Positions 50,190 through 60,129 of a stretch of DNA of 64,000 nucleotides are shown here, piece by piece. Both the position numbers and the translations under genes were made by a program. This DNA comes from an uncultured bacterium (lineage in GTDB: Bacteria > Oederibacteriota > PGYV01 > CAWJRG01): assembly GCA_963845185.1 (NCBI GenBank), contig CAWJRG010000006.1, forward strand, positions 64,001 through 128,000. Direction: 5' to 3'. The notes beneath the pieces are model-generated. The model worked only from the letters and a program-made list of their open reading frames with translations, ran no database searches and had not been told where the DNA came from. Numbering within the stretch: the first letter of the stretch is position 1; every line of letters starts with the position of its first letter.

Positions 50190-52163
50190 ATGAGAAAGAT
50201 ATTATTATTTGTCGTTTTTGGCATGGTTGTGTTTTTTAACAGTCTTTACGCAGGGGCGGAGCTTGTCGGCACAACGAGCACTAATTTCCTTAAAATCCCG
50301 CCTTTTGCCAGGGCAGAAGGCATGGGAGAGGCATATTCCGCCATATCAGACGGCACATACGGCCTGTATTACAACCCCGCTGGAATAGGCTCGATAATAG
50401 GATATGAGGCCCAGGCGAGCCATATAGCCTGGTTCCAGGACATAAATTATGAATTTGTTTCCTTTGTTGGTTCGTTCCCGCATGCCGATGATATTGGAAA
50501 GTTCGGCATAGCTATCGCATGGCTGCAGGTAAACAACATGGCCAGGACATCTGTATCGCCGTCCTACGATTCATCCTATTTAAACAGCATAAACCCGGAC
50601 AGCCTGATAAGCGGCAGTTTTTCCCCTTTTGATTATTCGGTTATACTCGGGTACGGGCAGGACATAAATGAGAATTTCAGCGCCGGATTGACGCTCAAGA
50701 TTAATTCGGAAAACATAGATACTTTCAGCGGCGAGAATGTGGCGGGAAATTTAGGAGTAATGTATAAGCTGGCGCTGGATAATAATTTTATCAGGGCAGG
50801 GTTGACTATTTCAAACCTCGGCATGGGTTTAAAGATGAGCACCTCTTCTTTCAGCACGCCGCTGAATATGCAGATCGGTGTGGCAGACCAGATTAATTTA
50901 TTCGGGAACGAGCTTACCCTGGCAGGGCAGGTCATACCGCAGACAGATTACAACCCTATATGCGGCGTTGGCGCGGAATACTGGGTAGACAACATAATGG
51001 CGCTAAGGCTGGGCTACGAATTCGGTGCGTTTACCCAGCCGACATTCGGCGTAGGCTTAAAATACGCGGACATCGAGTTTGACTACGCTTTTGTAAGCTA
51101 TGATGAACTGGGAAATACCAACAGGGTTTCACTGGTTTATTCCTGGGGCACGCCGCCTTTGAAGCTGAAAACCACCCCTGCGGTTTTTTCGCCCAACGGA
51201 GATAAATACATGGACTGGACATATTTTTTCCCTTCGACAAAACTGCCCAATAAAATAAGGTCGCTCAAAATAGACATTTATGACGAGACCGGGCAGACGC
51301 TTTTAACAAGCATTCAGGCTAAAAGCGGGTTTGACAAATACATGGCATGGGACGGCAAGGCAAACGGCGTTGTTTTAAAAGACGGTGTGTACAAAGCAAA
51401 AGCAACGGCAGAATACGACAACGGGAAATCGGAGTCAAACGAAACTACAGTGGAAGTAGACAATACGCCGCCTGAAGTGAGGGTCGACGCTGAGCCGAAA
51501 CTTTTAAGGCTTGGCCAGGAAAACCTGATGATACCGGCGACATTCACCCTTTTCGCGCATGACAAAAATAACATAGGGGCATGGCAGTTTACAATATGGG
51601 ACAAGGACAAAAAGGTATTCTTTTCAACACAGGGCAAGGGCGAACCGCCTATTTCGTACATATGGGACGGCAAAGGGAACAACGGCGATTACGTGAATAC
51701 CGGAAATATTTATTATTACAGCTTAACCGCTTACGACTCGGTGGGAAACAAGGCGCAGACACCGGCTCAATCGCAGGTTGTGCTGCTTAAGGAAATAAAA
51801 CTCACGTTCTCGTCTGATACGCTGTTTGACCTTGGCAAGGCAGACGTCAAAATATCAGCTTATAATATCCTGAAGGGTATGAAAGAAACACTCGACAAAT
51901 ACCCGGAGAGCGACATAGTAGTCGCGGGCTATACAGACAATACCCCGGTTATGGCAGGGAAATACGGTTCAAATACGGAGCTGTCCAAAGCAAGGGCGGA
52001 TGCTGTCAAGTTTTTCATGGTAAACCTGCTTGAAATGGACGAGAACAGGATAAAGACAGAAGGCTACGGCGAAGCGCAGCCCATAGCGCCAAACGATACG
52101 GATGAAGGCAGGCAGAAAAACAGGCGTGTTGAGATAATAATAAAAAGCACCATATATAAATAA
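50190..52163 (+). CDS. PorV/PorQ-family beta-barrel fused to FlgD-Ig-like domains and an OmpA-like peptidoglycan-binding domain
   Basis: FLKIPPFARAEGMGEAY.AI.D...LYYNPAG; ALRLGY..GVGL..FDYAF..LG.TNRVSL; FSPNGD; WDGK; GYTDN..LSKARA..GYGE..P..N....GRQKNRRVEI. Confidence 0.85.
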   Translation: MRKILLFVVFGMVVFFNSLYAGAELVGTTSTNFLKIPPFARAEGMGEAYSAISDGTYGLYYNPAGIGSIIGYEAQASHIAWFQDINYEFVSFVGSFPHADDIGKFGIAIAWLQVNNMARTSVSPSYDSSYLNSINPDSLISGSFSPFDYSVILGYGQDINENFSAGLTLKINSENIDTFSGENVAGNLGVMYKLALDNNFIRAGLTISNLGMGLKMSTSSFSTPLNMQIGVADQINLFGNELTLAGQVIPQTDYNPICGVGAEYWVDNIMALRLGYEFGAFTQPTFGVGLKYADIEFDYAFVSYDELGNTNRVSLVYSWGTPPLKLKTTPAVFSPNGDKYMDWTYFFPSTKLPNKIRSLKIDIYDETGQTLLTSIQAKSGFDKYMAWDGKANGVVLKDGVYKAKATAEYDNGKSESNETTVEVDNTPPEVRVDAEPKLLRLGQENLMIPATFTLFAHDKNNIGAWQFTIWDKDKKVFFSTQGKGEPPISYIWDGKGNNGDYVNTGNIYYYSLTAYDSVGNKAQTPAQSQVVLLKEIKLTFSSDTLFDLGKADVKISAYNILKGMKETLDKYPESDIVVAGYTDNTPVMAGKYGSNTELSKARADAVKFFMVNLLEMDENRIKTEGYGEAQPIAPNDTDEGRQKNRRVEIIIKSTIYK

Positions 52164-52252
52164 TCAAAGTCAATTACGAATCATACCCGCCGGCTCCTGC
52201 CGGCGGGGTTTACTGATTGCCGAAGGAGTTCAATGATTTTCAAGGAGTGGAC

Positions 52253-53467
52253 ATGAAAGAAAATAAAATTAAGGCAATAATCATTTCAGGCATAATTTTA
52301 TTTTATTGTTCGCAAAGAGCAACGGCCTGCGTTTCATATTCTGATGATTTCAGCAACCCGGCCACGATTAATTATTACAACTATTTTAATGTCAATTCGC
52401 AGTCACCGGGTACTCCCGCGAGCACGGGTTATCAAATAACGGGCGGGGAACTTAATGTTGTAGGCAACCAGGGAAACAACAACATGGGGGGAGTGGCAGT
52501 TGTAAACAGCGCGTATTTCAGCGGCACTACTGATTACCAGATAGACGTGGACGCGGAGATGGACTCAACATCAGCAAATGGACAATATGGAATATTCGGA
52601 ATAGCATTCAGGGTGCAGAGCAACGGCTCTTTTTATTCTTTCCAATGGAACGCCGACCCTTCACGCGCGGGCGGGAGCGCAGGTGACTGGGAAATAGAGA
52701 AGTGGGGCTCATATCTTGCGGGCGGAAACACCAATTATACTTACGGCACGTGGGTGCACCTTACGGTGGTAGTGAGCGGAAACACATTCACATGTTACCT
52801 GAATTACGTGCAAATTTACCAGGTGACTGATAATTCATATACAAGCGGCGCGGTGGGAGTGAGGACATACGCCATTGCCAACGGGAACGTGGCGAGGTTC
52901 AAAAATTTCGTGGTGAATACCTGTGCAAGAATAGGCACGCCGACATTTACTCCGGTAGTGACGGAAACATGGACGCCGACAGAAACTGAGACATCGATAC
53001 CTACAGAAACTGCAACATGGACGCCTACGGCAACAATAACGCAGACATTTACTATGACGGCAACTTTTTCAATGACGCCGACTTTAACCATTACTCCTTC
53101 CATAACTGCTACAGGCACTATTACACAGACATTTACAGTCAGCCCCACTTATACTAATACCATGATAGCCACACCCACTCCATGCCTGGCATTATATAAA
53201 AATTCGCCAAACCCTTTCACTGTTGGCACAAACTTTATATTTGGTTCATGCATCCAGGTGGAAGTAAAGTTGAAAATATACACCATAAGCGGCGAGCTTG
53301 TGGATGAATTGACTCAGCAGGGTCAGCCGGGAATGAACAGCATATACTGGGATGCTAAAAACAAAGCAGGCAAGGGCGTGGCAAGCGGGACATATATTTA
53401 CAGCTTTGAGACAGTTGAAGGCATGTCAAAGCAAAAACAGTGGGGAAAAATGGCTGTAGTGAAATAA
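52253..53467 (+). CDS. secreted ConA-like/DUF1080-like lectin-fold protein with Thr stalk and CTD
   Basis: YSDDFSN, GIAFRVQ, WVHLTVVVSGNTFTCYLN, SGAVGVR..FKNF; CTD NSPNP..WGKMAVVK. Confidence 0.78.
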   Translation: MKENKIKAIIISGIILFYCSQRATACVSYSDDFSNPATINYYNYFNVNSQSPGTPASTGYQITGGELNVVGNQGNNNMGGVAVVNSAYFSGTTDYQIDVDAEMDSTSANGQYGIFGIAFRVQSNGSFYSFQWNADPSRAGGSAGDWEIEKWGSYLAGGNTNYTYGTWVHLTVVVSGNTFTCYLNYVQIYQVTDNSYTSGAVGVRTYAIANGNVARFKNFVVNTCARIGTPTFTPVVTETWTPTETETSIPTETATWTPTATITQTFTMTATFSMTPTLTITPSITATGTITQTFTVSPTYTNTMIATPTPCLALYKNSPNPFTVGTNFIFGSCIQVEVKLKIYTISGELVDELTQQGQPGMNSIYWDAKNKAGKGVASGTYIYSFETVEGMSKQKQWGKMAVVK

Positions 53468-53468
53468 A

Positions 53469-55109
53469 ATGCGGTTAAAAAGTCTTTTATTTGTTCTGCT
53501 ATTAATATTTTTTTGCCTACCAATTTATGCCGATGTCTGGGCCGACAGGCACGGAACTACAAGCACAGCAGGCATAGATTCGGGAACGCGGTATAATCCT
53601 TATTCGACGTTAAAACCCCCTCTGATATTGTTGTGGTCGCAGACCAACTGGGACGGATATGATGGTTCGGGAAATACAATTAATGTCATACAGGAATCAT
53701 CGTCGGCAATAGTAAATGGGATTGTGTATTTGGGGTCTTCAAACAACTGGTTTCCTGCAAGCCATGGTTTATACGCGTGGGACACGAATACAGGCGCACT
53801 TATTGCCGGTTTTCCCATAACCCCACCTAATAATACAACATCCTCGCCGGCAATAGCAAATGGAATAGTTTACATAGGTTCGGAAGACGGTAATTTATAT
53901 GCATGGAATGCGGCGACAGGGGCAGGCATTGCAGGATTTCCAGTCAGTACAGGAGGCCGGGTTTGGTCCTCGCCGACAATAGCAAATGGGATTGTTTATG
54001 TCGGGTCGGAAGATGACAAATTATACGCATGGAACGCCCTAACAGGAGCAGGTATTCCGGGATTCCCGGTAAGTACCGGAGGCATGATTGATTCATCGCC
54101 AACGATAGCGAATGGAATTGTTTATGTGGGCTCAAGGGACCATAAATTATATGCATGGAACGCCCTGACAGGGGCAGGTATACCCGGATTCCCGGTAAGC
54201 ACCGGGTATGATATTGAATTATCTTCTCCTGCCGTGGCAAATGGAGTTGTTTATGTGGGGTCAATGGACAATAAATTATATGCATGGAACGCCCTGACAG
54301 GGGCAGGTATGCCCGGATTCCCGGTAAGCACCGGGAGCAATATTGCGTCGTCGCCTGCAGTGGCAAACGGTTATGTATATGTTGGGTCGTGGGATAATAA
54401 TTTATACGCGATTGATATTACAAACGGAAACATTGTATGGCAATAAACATTCCCATCAAATGGCGGCTATGAAGGCACTGACCGCTGTTCGCCTGCGATA
54501 GCAGAAGACAAGCTTTTTATGACATCAGACGAAGGAAACGGAATATTCGTATTCTGTATGCCAAGCCCGAATGCAACGCCAACAATAACCGGGACGCCGC
54601 CGACTGCGACGGTTTTTCCAACAATAACGCCTACATTGACAATAACGCAAACGTATACAATTTCACCGACGCTTACGGCAACCATGACGTATACAAAGAC
54701 GGTATCACAGACATGCACTTATACGCAGACAACGACATTTACAATATCGCCAACCGGTACAATTACACCTACGCCAAGCATGACATGCACAGAAACAATA
54801 ACACCCACACCGGTAATACCGTTTTGCCTGACATTATATAAAAATTCGCCCAACCCCTGTTCATACGGCACGAATATAATATACCAGTTGTGCGACGAGG
54901 CTGATGTAAATGTAAAGATATACACGATAAGCGGCGAGGTCGTCGTGAAACTTTCGCAGCATAGCCAGCCGGGCATGAACAGCATATACTGGGACACCAA
55001 AAATAAAAGCGGCAAAGGCGTGGCAAGCGGGACATATATTTACAGCTTAGAGGCTGTTGAGGGCAGGGAAAAACAAAAACAGTGGGGAAAGATGGCTGTA
55101 GTGAAGTAA
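53469..55109 (+). pseudogene. secreted PQQ-like propeller, Thr stalk and CTD, interrupted by an in-frame TAA at 54444-54446
   Basis: IVWQ*TFPSN where paralogs read WQYQLP; the same frame continues to WGKMAVVK. Confidence 0.85.
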
Positions 55110-55219
55110 GATTTGGGATTTGGAATTTGGCATTCCGGGGATTTATTCATTAATTAAAAAAATATGATATAATATTGTTGTGCAGGGAGCACGAGTTCCC
55201 GGGATAGAGGTGTTTTAAT

Positions 55220-57640
55220 TTGGCAAAAACAATAAAATATTTCCTGTTTTTCTTATTTGGATTTTTTATAATAAATTCCCATGCCCTGGCAGACACTCCG
55301 CCATGTTACCTCCTTAGCTGGGGAACTTCCGGAACAGGCAACGGGCAGTTTAACGGCTCTGCCGGAATGGCAATAGCCGGCGACGGAAACGTGTATGTTG
55401 CAGACGGTTTAAATAACAGAATCCAGGAATTCAGCAGTTCGGGGGCATATATTACCCAATGGGGAAGTTATGGGAGCCTCAATGGCCAGTTTATTTTGCC
55501 CGCGGGATTAGCCTTAGACAGCAGCGGAAATGTTTATGTTGCAGATATGGGCAATAACAGAATACAGGAATTCAGCAGCACAGGCGCATATATAACGCAA
55601 TGGGGCAGTCCCGGGACCGGCAATGGGCAGTTTAATAATTCTCCCGGCGACGTCGCAGTATCCAGCAGCGGGAACATATATGCTGTAGACACTTATGATT
55701 TCAGGATTGAGGAATTCAGCAGCACAGGCGCATATATAACGCAATGGGGAAGCCAGGGAAGCGCCAACGGGCAGTTTAATTATCCTGGCCCAATAGCCAT
55801 AGACAGCAGCGGAAACGTATATGCTACAGACGAGATTAATGACAATATCCAGGAATACAGCAGCAACGGCACCTATATAACTCAATGGGGAAGCGCCGGG
55901 AGTGGAAACGGGCAGTTTAACCGCCCCATTGGAATAGAATTTGGCAGTAACGGCAACCTTTATGTTGCGGACAGCCTTAATAACAGGATCCAGGAATTCA
56001 GCAGCACGGGCGCATATATAACGCAGTGGGGAACTTCAGGGGCCGGCCCCGGGCAGTTTAATTATCCAAATAATGTTGCGATAGACAGTGGCGGGGATGT
56101 GTATGTTTCAGATTCGGGTAATTACAGAATCCAGGAATTCGGCTGGTGTGGTAGCCCCACGCCGACTTTCACTGCATCGCCAATAGTAACACCTACAATA
56201 TCACCTACGATGACGCCGACATATACTGCCACTTTTACATCAGGGCCGACACCTTGTTTCGTACGCAGTTGGGGGAGTACCGGGAGCGGCAATGGGCAGT
56301 TTAATTATCCGTGGGGAGTAGCAGTAGACAGCAGCGGGGACGTTTATGTTGCAGACATTGATAATAACAGGATCCAGGAATTCAGCAATACGGGCACATA
56401 CATAACACAATGGGGCAGCGTGGGAAGCGGCAGTGGGCAGTTCAGCGCGGCCCGTACATTAGCAGTAGCAAAAAACGGAAATGTTTACGTTGCAGACCAA
56501 GGTAATAACAGAATCCAAGAATTCAGCAGTAGCGGCACATATATCACACAATGGGGCAGTTATGGAATCAGCAGTGGGCAGCTTAGTGGTCCTATCGGAA
56601 TTGCTATAGACAGCAGCGGAAATGTATATGTTGCAGACACAGGTAATAATAGAATCCAAGAATTCAGCAGTACAGGCACATATATAACACAATGGGGAAG
56701 CACTGGAAGCGGCAATGGGCAATTTAACAATCCAGTTGGAATAGCAGTATCGAGTAACGGAAACGTGTATGTTGAAGATAATCATAATAACAGGATTGAG
56801 GAATTCAGCAGTAGCGGCACATATATCACACAATGGGGAAGTCTTGGGAGCAACCCCGGGCAATTTCATTTTCCTTATGGTATAGCAGTAGACAGCAGCG
56901 GGTACGTGTATGTTTCGGATGTAAACAACAGGATCCAGGAATTCAGCAGCACAGGCACATATATAACACAATGGGATAATGGTTTTAACGGCCCTATTGG
57001 AGTAGCAGTAGACAACAATGGAAACATTTTTGTCGTGGACAACGGCAACAACATAATAGAGGAATTCGGCTCGTGCGGCAGTCCCACGCCGACCCTGCAG
57101 GTGACGCCGTCATCGACATGGACAATAACGCCGACATTTACCATATCGGAGACTGATACAATCACAAACACTTTTACAGCAACATTAACGATAACACAAA
57201 CGCTTACTGAAACTCCGACTTATACCATATCGCCGACCAATACAATTACTGCAACAATAACGCCCACTCCAAGCATGACATGCACCGCTTCAATAACACC
57301 CATTCCCAGCATAACATGCACTATAACAGCGACATCCACGCCGCAGGCGCCGCTTTGCCTGACTTTATACAAAAATTCGCCTAACCCGTGCTCAAACGGC
57401 ACAAATATAATTTACCAGTTATGTGATGAGGCAGAGGTAAATGTAAATATATACACCATCAGCGGCGAAGTGGTGAGAGAACTCTCGCAGCAGGGTGAGC
57501 CTGGGATGAACAGCATATACTGGGATACTAATAATAAAACAGGCAGGGGAGTTGCAAGCGGAGTATATATTTACAGCATCGAGGCAGCTGACGGGCAAGG
57601 AAAGAAAAAAGCATGGGGAAAGATGGCGGTGGTGAAGTAA
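55220..57640 (+). CDS. secreted protein with two 6-blade NHL propellers, Thr stalk and CTD
   Basis: signal peptide ALA-D; 12 YITQWG..GNGQF repeats; CTD KNSPNPC..WGKMAVVK. Confidence 0.88.
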   Translation: MAKTIKYFLFFLFGFFIINSHALADTPPCYLLSWGTSGTGNGQFNGSAGMAIAGDGNVYVADGLNNRIQEFSSSGAYITQWGSYGSLNGQFILPAGLALDSSGNVYVADMGNNRIQEFSSTGAYITQWGSPGTGNGQFNNSPGDVAVSSSGNIYAVDTYDFRIEEFSSTGAYITQWGSQGSANGQFNYPGPIAIDSSGNVYATDEINDNIQEYSSNGTYITQWGSAGSGNGQFNRPIGIEFGSNGNLYVADSLNNRIQEFSSTGAYITQWGTSGAGPGQFNYPNNVAIDSGGDVYVSDSGNYRIQEFGWCGSPTPTFTASPIVTPTISPTMTPTYTATFTSGPTPCFVRSWGSTGSGNGQFNYPWGVAVDSSGDVYVADIDNNRIQEFSNTGTYITQWGSVGSGSGQFSAARTLAVAKNGNVYVADQGNNRIQEFSSSGTYITQWGSYGISSGQLSGPIGIAIDSSGNVYVADTGNNRIQEFSSTGTYITQWGSTGSGNGQFNNPVGIAVSSNGNVYVEDNHNNRIEEFSSSGTYITQWGSLGSNPGQFHFPYGIAVDSSGYVYVSDVNNRIQEFSSTGTYITQWDNGFNGPIGVAVDNNGNIFVVDNGNNIIEEFGSCGSPTPTLQVTPSSTWTITPTFTISETDTITNTFTATLTITQTLTETPTYTISPTNTITATITPTPSMTCTASITPIPSITCTITATSTPQAPLCLTLYKNSPNPCSNGTNIIYQLCDEAEVNVNIYTISGEVVRELSQQGEPGMNSIYWDTNNKTGRGVASGVYIYSIEAADGQGKKKAWGKMAVVK

Positions 57641-57744
57641 TATTATATAGAAGAATGTAGAGTCAAATTATAAATAATTCCCTATTCGATGGTGTATAAA
57701 AAAGTATGTAATTTCAATTTTTATTATTATCTGAAAAGAATTTT

Positions 57745-57897
57745 CCCTCTCTCTCGGCGGGAGAGGGCGGAGATTTTTATGATTTCTCCATACCCCTCAC
57801 TCTGACTCTTGGGTAGAAAAGCATATTTTAAATTATAAATGACTTCTACCCGTTTAATAATCCACAGGATTATTTAACTCAACAAGGGGAGAGAGGT
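57745..57897. repeat. CCCTCTC/GAGAGGG-type palindromic element with nested hairpins
   Basis: CCCTCTCTC-tcggc-GGGAGAGGG, GGGTAGAA..TTCTACCC, TAATCC-aca-GGATTA. Confidence 0.5.
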
Positions 57898-58043
57898 TGT
57901 TTGTTTTTGAAATTACACACAAATTAAGACAATACCACCTGTTTCTCGCCTCTTGATAAAACCAATAAATAATGATAATATGCAAACAACTTTTGGGAAT
58001 CGGGAATAGAGAATCGGGAATTGATGATTGTAAACGGTGAAAA

Positions 58044-60129
58044 ATGGCTGAAAAATACTTAAAAAAGGCGTTTGAAATATTCCTGCTTTTTTACATAACT
58101 TTTATACCGCTTGTATTTTTTAATCACGCAAACGACCCTTTCTGGATCGTGGAAAAATTTTTCCTCAGGTTCGCGGTTTCAATACTTATCTGCATATTCC
58201 TTATATACATGCTCGCTGCCAAAAAATTCCTTTTGATAAAAACGCCTTATAACATTTTATTCCTGGCTTTTATCGGCATAAACCTGATTGGGATATTCAA
58301 AATATCCAACTTTTACGCGTTTATTGACAGGTTCTTTGAAAATATATGCTATATAATTACAGCTTACCTTGCCTTGCTTTACCTTTTATCGAACCGGCAG
58401 TCTGATAAAACATACAAGATACTCGCACTTTTGGTTTCTGCGGCTTTTTTTATGGCAATTTACGGCATAGCCCAGAGCCTTGGCATTGATTTCCTGTCGT
58501 GGCAAAACAATTTCTCGAACCGCGCTGCTTCGACTCTCGGCAACCCGAATTTCCTGGCAGGGCACATGGTGCTTATAATACCGCTGTGTTATGCCATGAT
58601 ATTCATGGCCCAGAACAGGCTGTTAAGGTTCGCTATGCTCCTGGTTTCAATCATTACAACCACTGTACTTCTTTTTACGCAGACAAGGGGCGCGTACATA
58701 GGGTTTGGAATTTCCGTAATATTTTTTATTTTGCTTTTTGCGTTTTACGCAAGGGATACCATAAAAAAATATAAAGTATGGGTGATAATTTTTTGCTGCA
58801 TTGCGGCAGGCATTGCAGCCGCTTACCTTGTGAAAAACCACAATGCACTTTGCAAGGATAAAGGAAATAGTGACCTTAAAAGACGAGTCGATGCGTATCA
58901 GGACATTGCTGTGGAAAAACAGCCTTTATCTGATTGCGGAAAACCCATTGCTCGGCTCGGGCGCAGGCAATTTTTACGCCAAATACCCTTACTACCAGTC
59001 AAGGGCGCTTGATTATACTTATTTTGCAAACAATGATTTTTACCGCTCGGGCCACAGCCATAATGATTTTATCCAGTTCGCAGCGGAATACGGCATACCA
59101 GGCGCGGGAATAATATTTGCCATATTCGCCCTGATATTCATAACCGGGTTCAGGTACTTAAAAAAAGCCGATACTTTTCACCCTCTCTCTGCCTCTCTCC
59201 CGTCGAGGGAGAGAGGATTTGAAAAGGACAAGATGCTTGTTATAGGAATATTTCAGGCATAACAGGACTGCTCATACACGCATTTTTTAATTTTCCATTC
59301 CAGATAATACCCACAACCGTGGTTTTTTATTTGTTTTTAAGCATGATGGTTTTCAGTGAAAAGGAATTTTCCATCAAGAGAATTTCCTGTTACAGGGGCG
59401 GCAAGGATTGCGGGCGCGGTTTACTCATGATTTTCATTACAGCCGGCGTAATTGCCGTAAGGGCTCTTGCCTCAGACTCTTATTTAAGAAGCGCGAAAGA
59501 AGCAGACTATTTCAAACAGCCGGAAAACGCGGCAGGCTACGCGGCCCAGGGCAATAAGGATTACGCCGTGGAACGAAGACGAGCTGTTTTTTTACGGCCA
59601 GGTGATGGACAAACTGGGCAAAAAAGCAGACGCTGACAGGAGCTATGAGCAGGTTTACAAAATAAACAAGACATACTGGGAGGCGATGCCGCAGGTTTTT
59701 CAATACTATATGGAGCAGGGAATGAAAGTCAAGGCGCTCGACGTCGGCGAAGAAATGTACAAAATGTCGCCTTACGCGAAAAAATCCATAATTGCGCTGG
59801 CTTACGCTTATTTCATGAACGGGAAAACCGGTGACGCGATAAGAATAAGCGAGCAGGGCATTAAATATTATCCGGACGACTCCACTATACTGGACCAGCT
59901 TTCGGGCATTTACGGCAGCGCAGAGAATTATGAAAAGACGCTGTTTTACGCGCAAAAGGCAATTGAGGCAGAGCCGGGTTTTTCCGAGCCTTATTACAAC
60001 GCGGGCCTGGCATATTTCAAAATGAAAAATTACAGGGAAGCAAAAAAGATGATTGATAAAATGCTTGTTCTTGAGCCGGACAGCGGCAAAGGCAAGTCCC
60101 TGCTTGAGGCCATAAAAAATGCCAAATGA
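58044..60129 (+). pseudogene. O-antigen-ligase-like (Wzy_C) membrane protein with TPRs, fragmented by about five homopolymer indels (probably sequencing errors)
   Basis: STLGNPNFLAG, TQTRGA, GSGAGNF, HSHNDFIQFAAEYG, IHAFFNFPF, then TPRs spread over ORFs 58044, 58843, 59319, 59602. Confidence 0.82.

Noticed and set aside
600..57100. Diversity-generating retroelement behind the variable propeller repeats
   Set aside because: No reverse transcriptase or non-coding template repeat in the window, and differences between repeats are not adenine-specific
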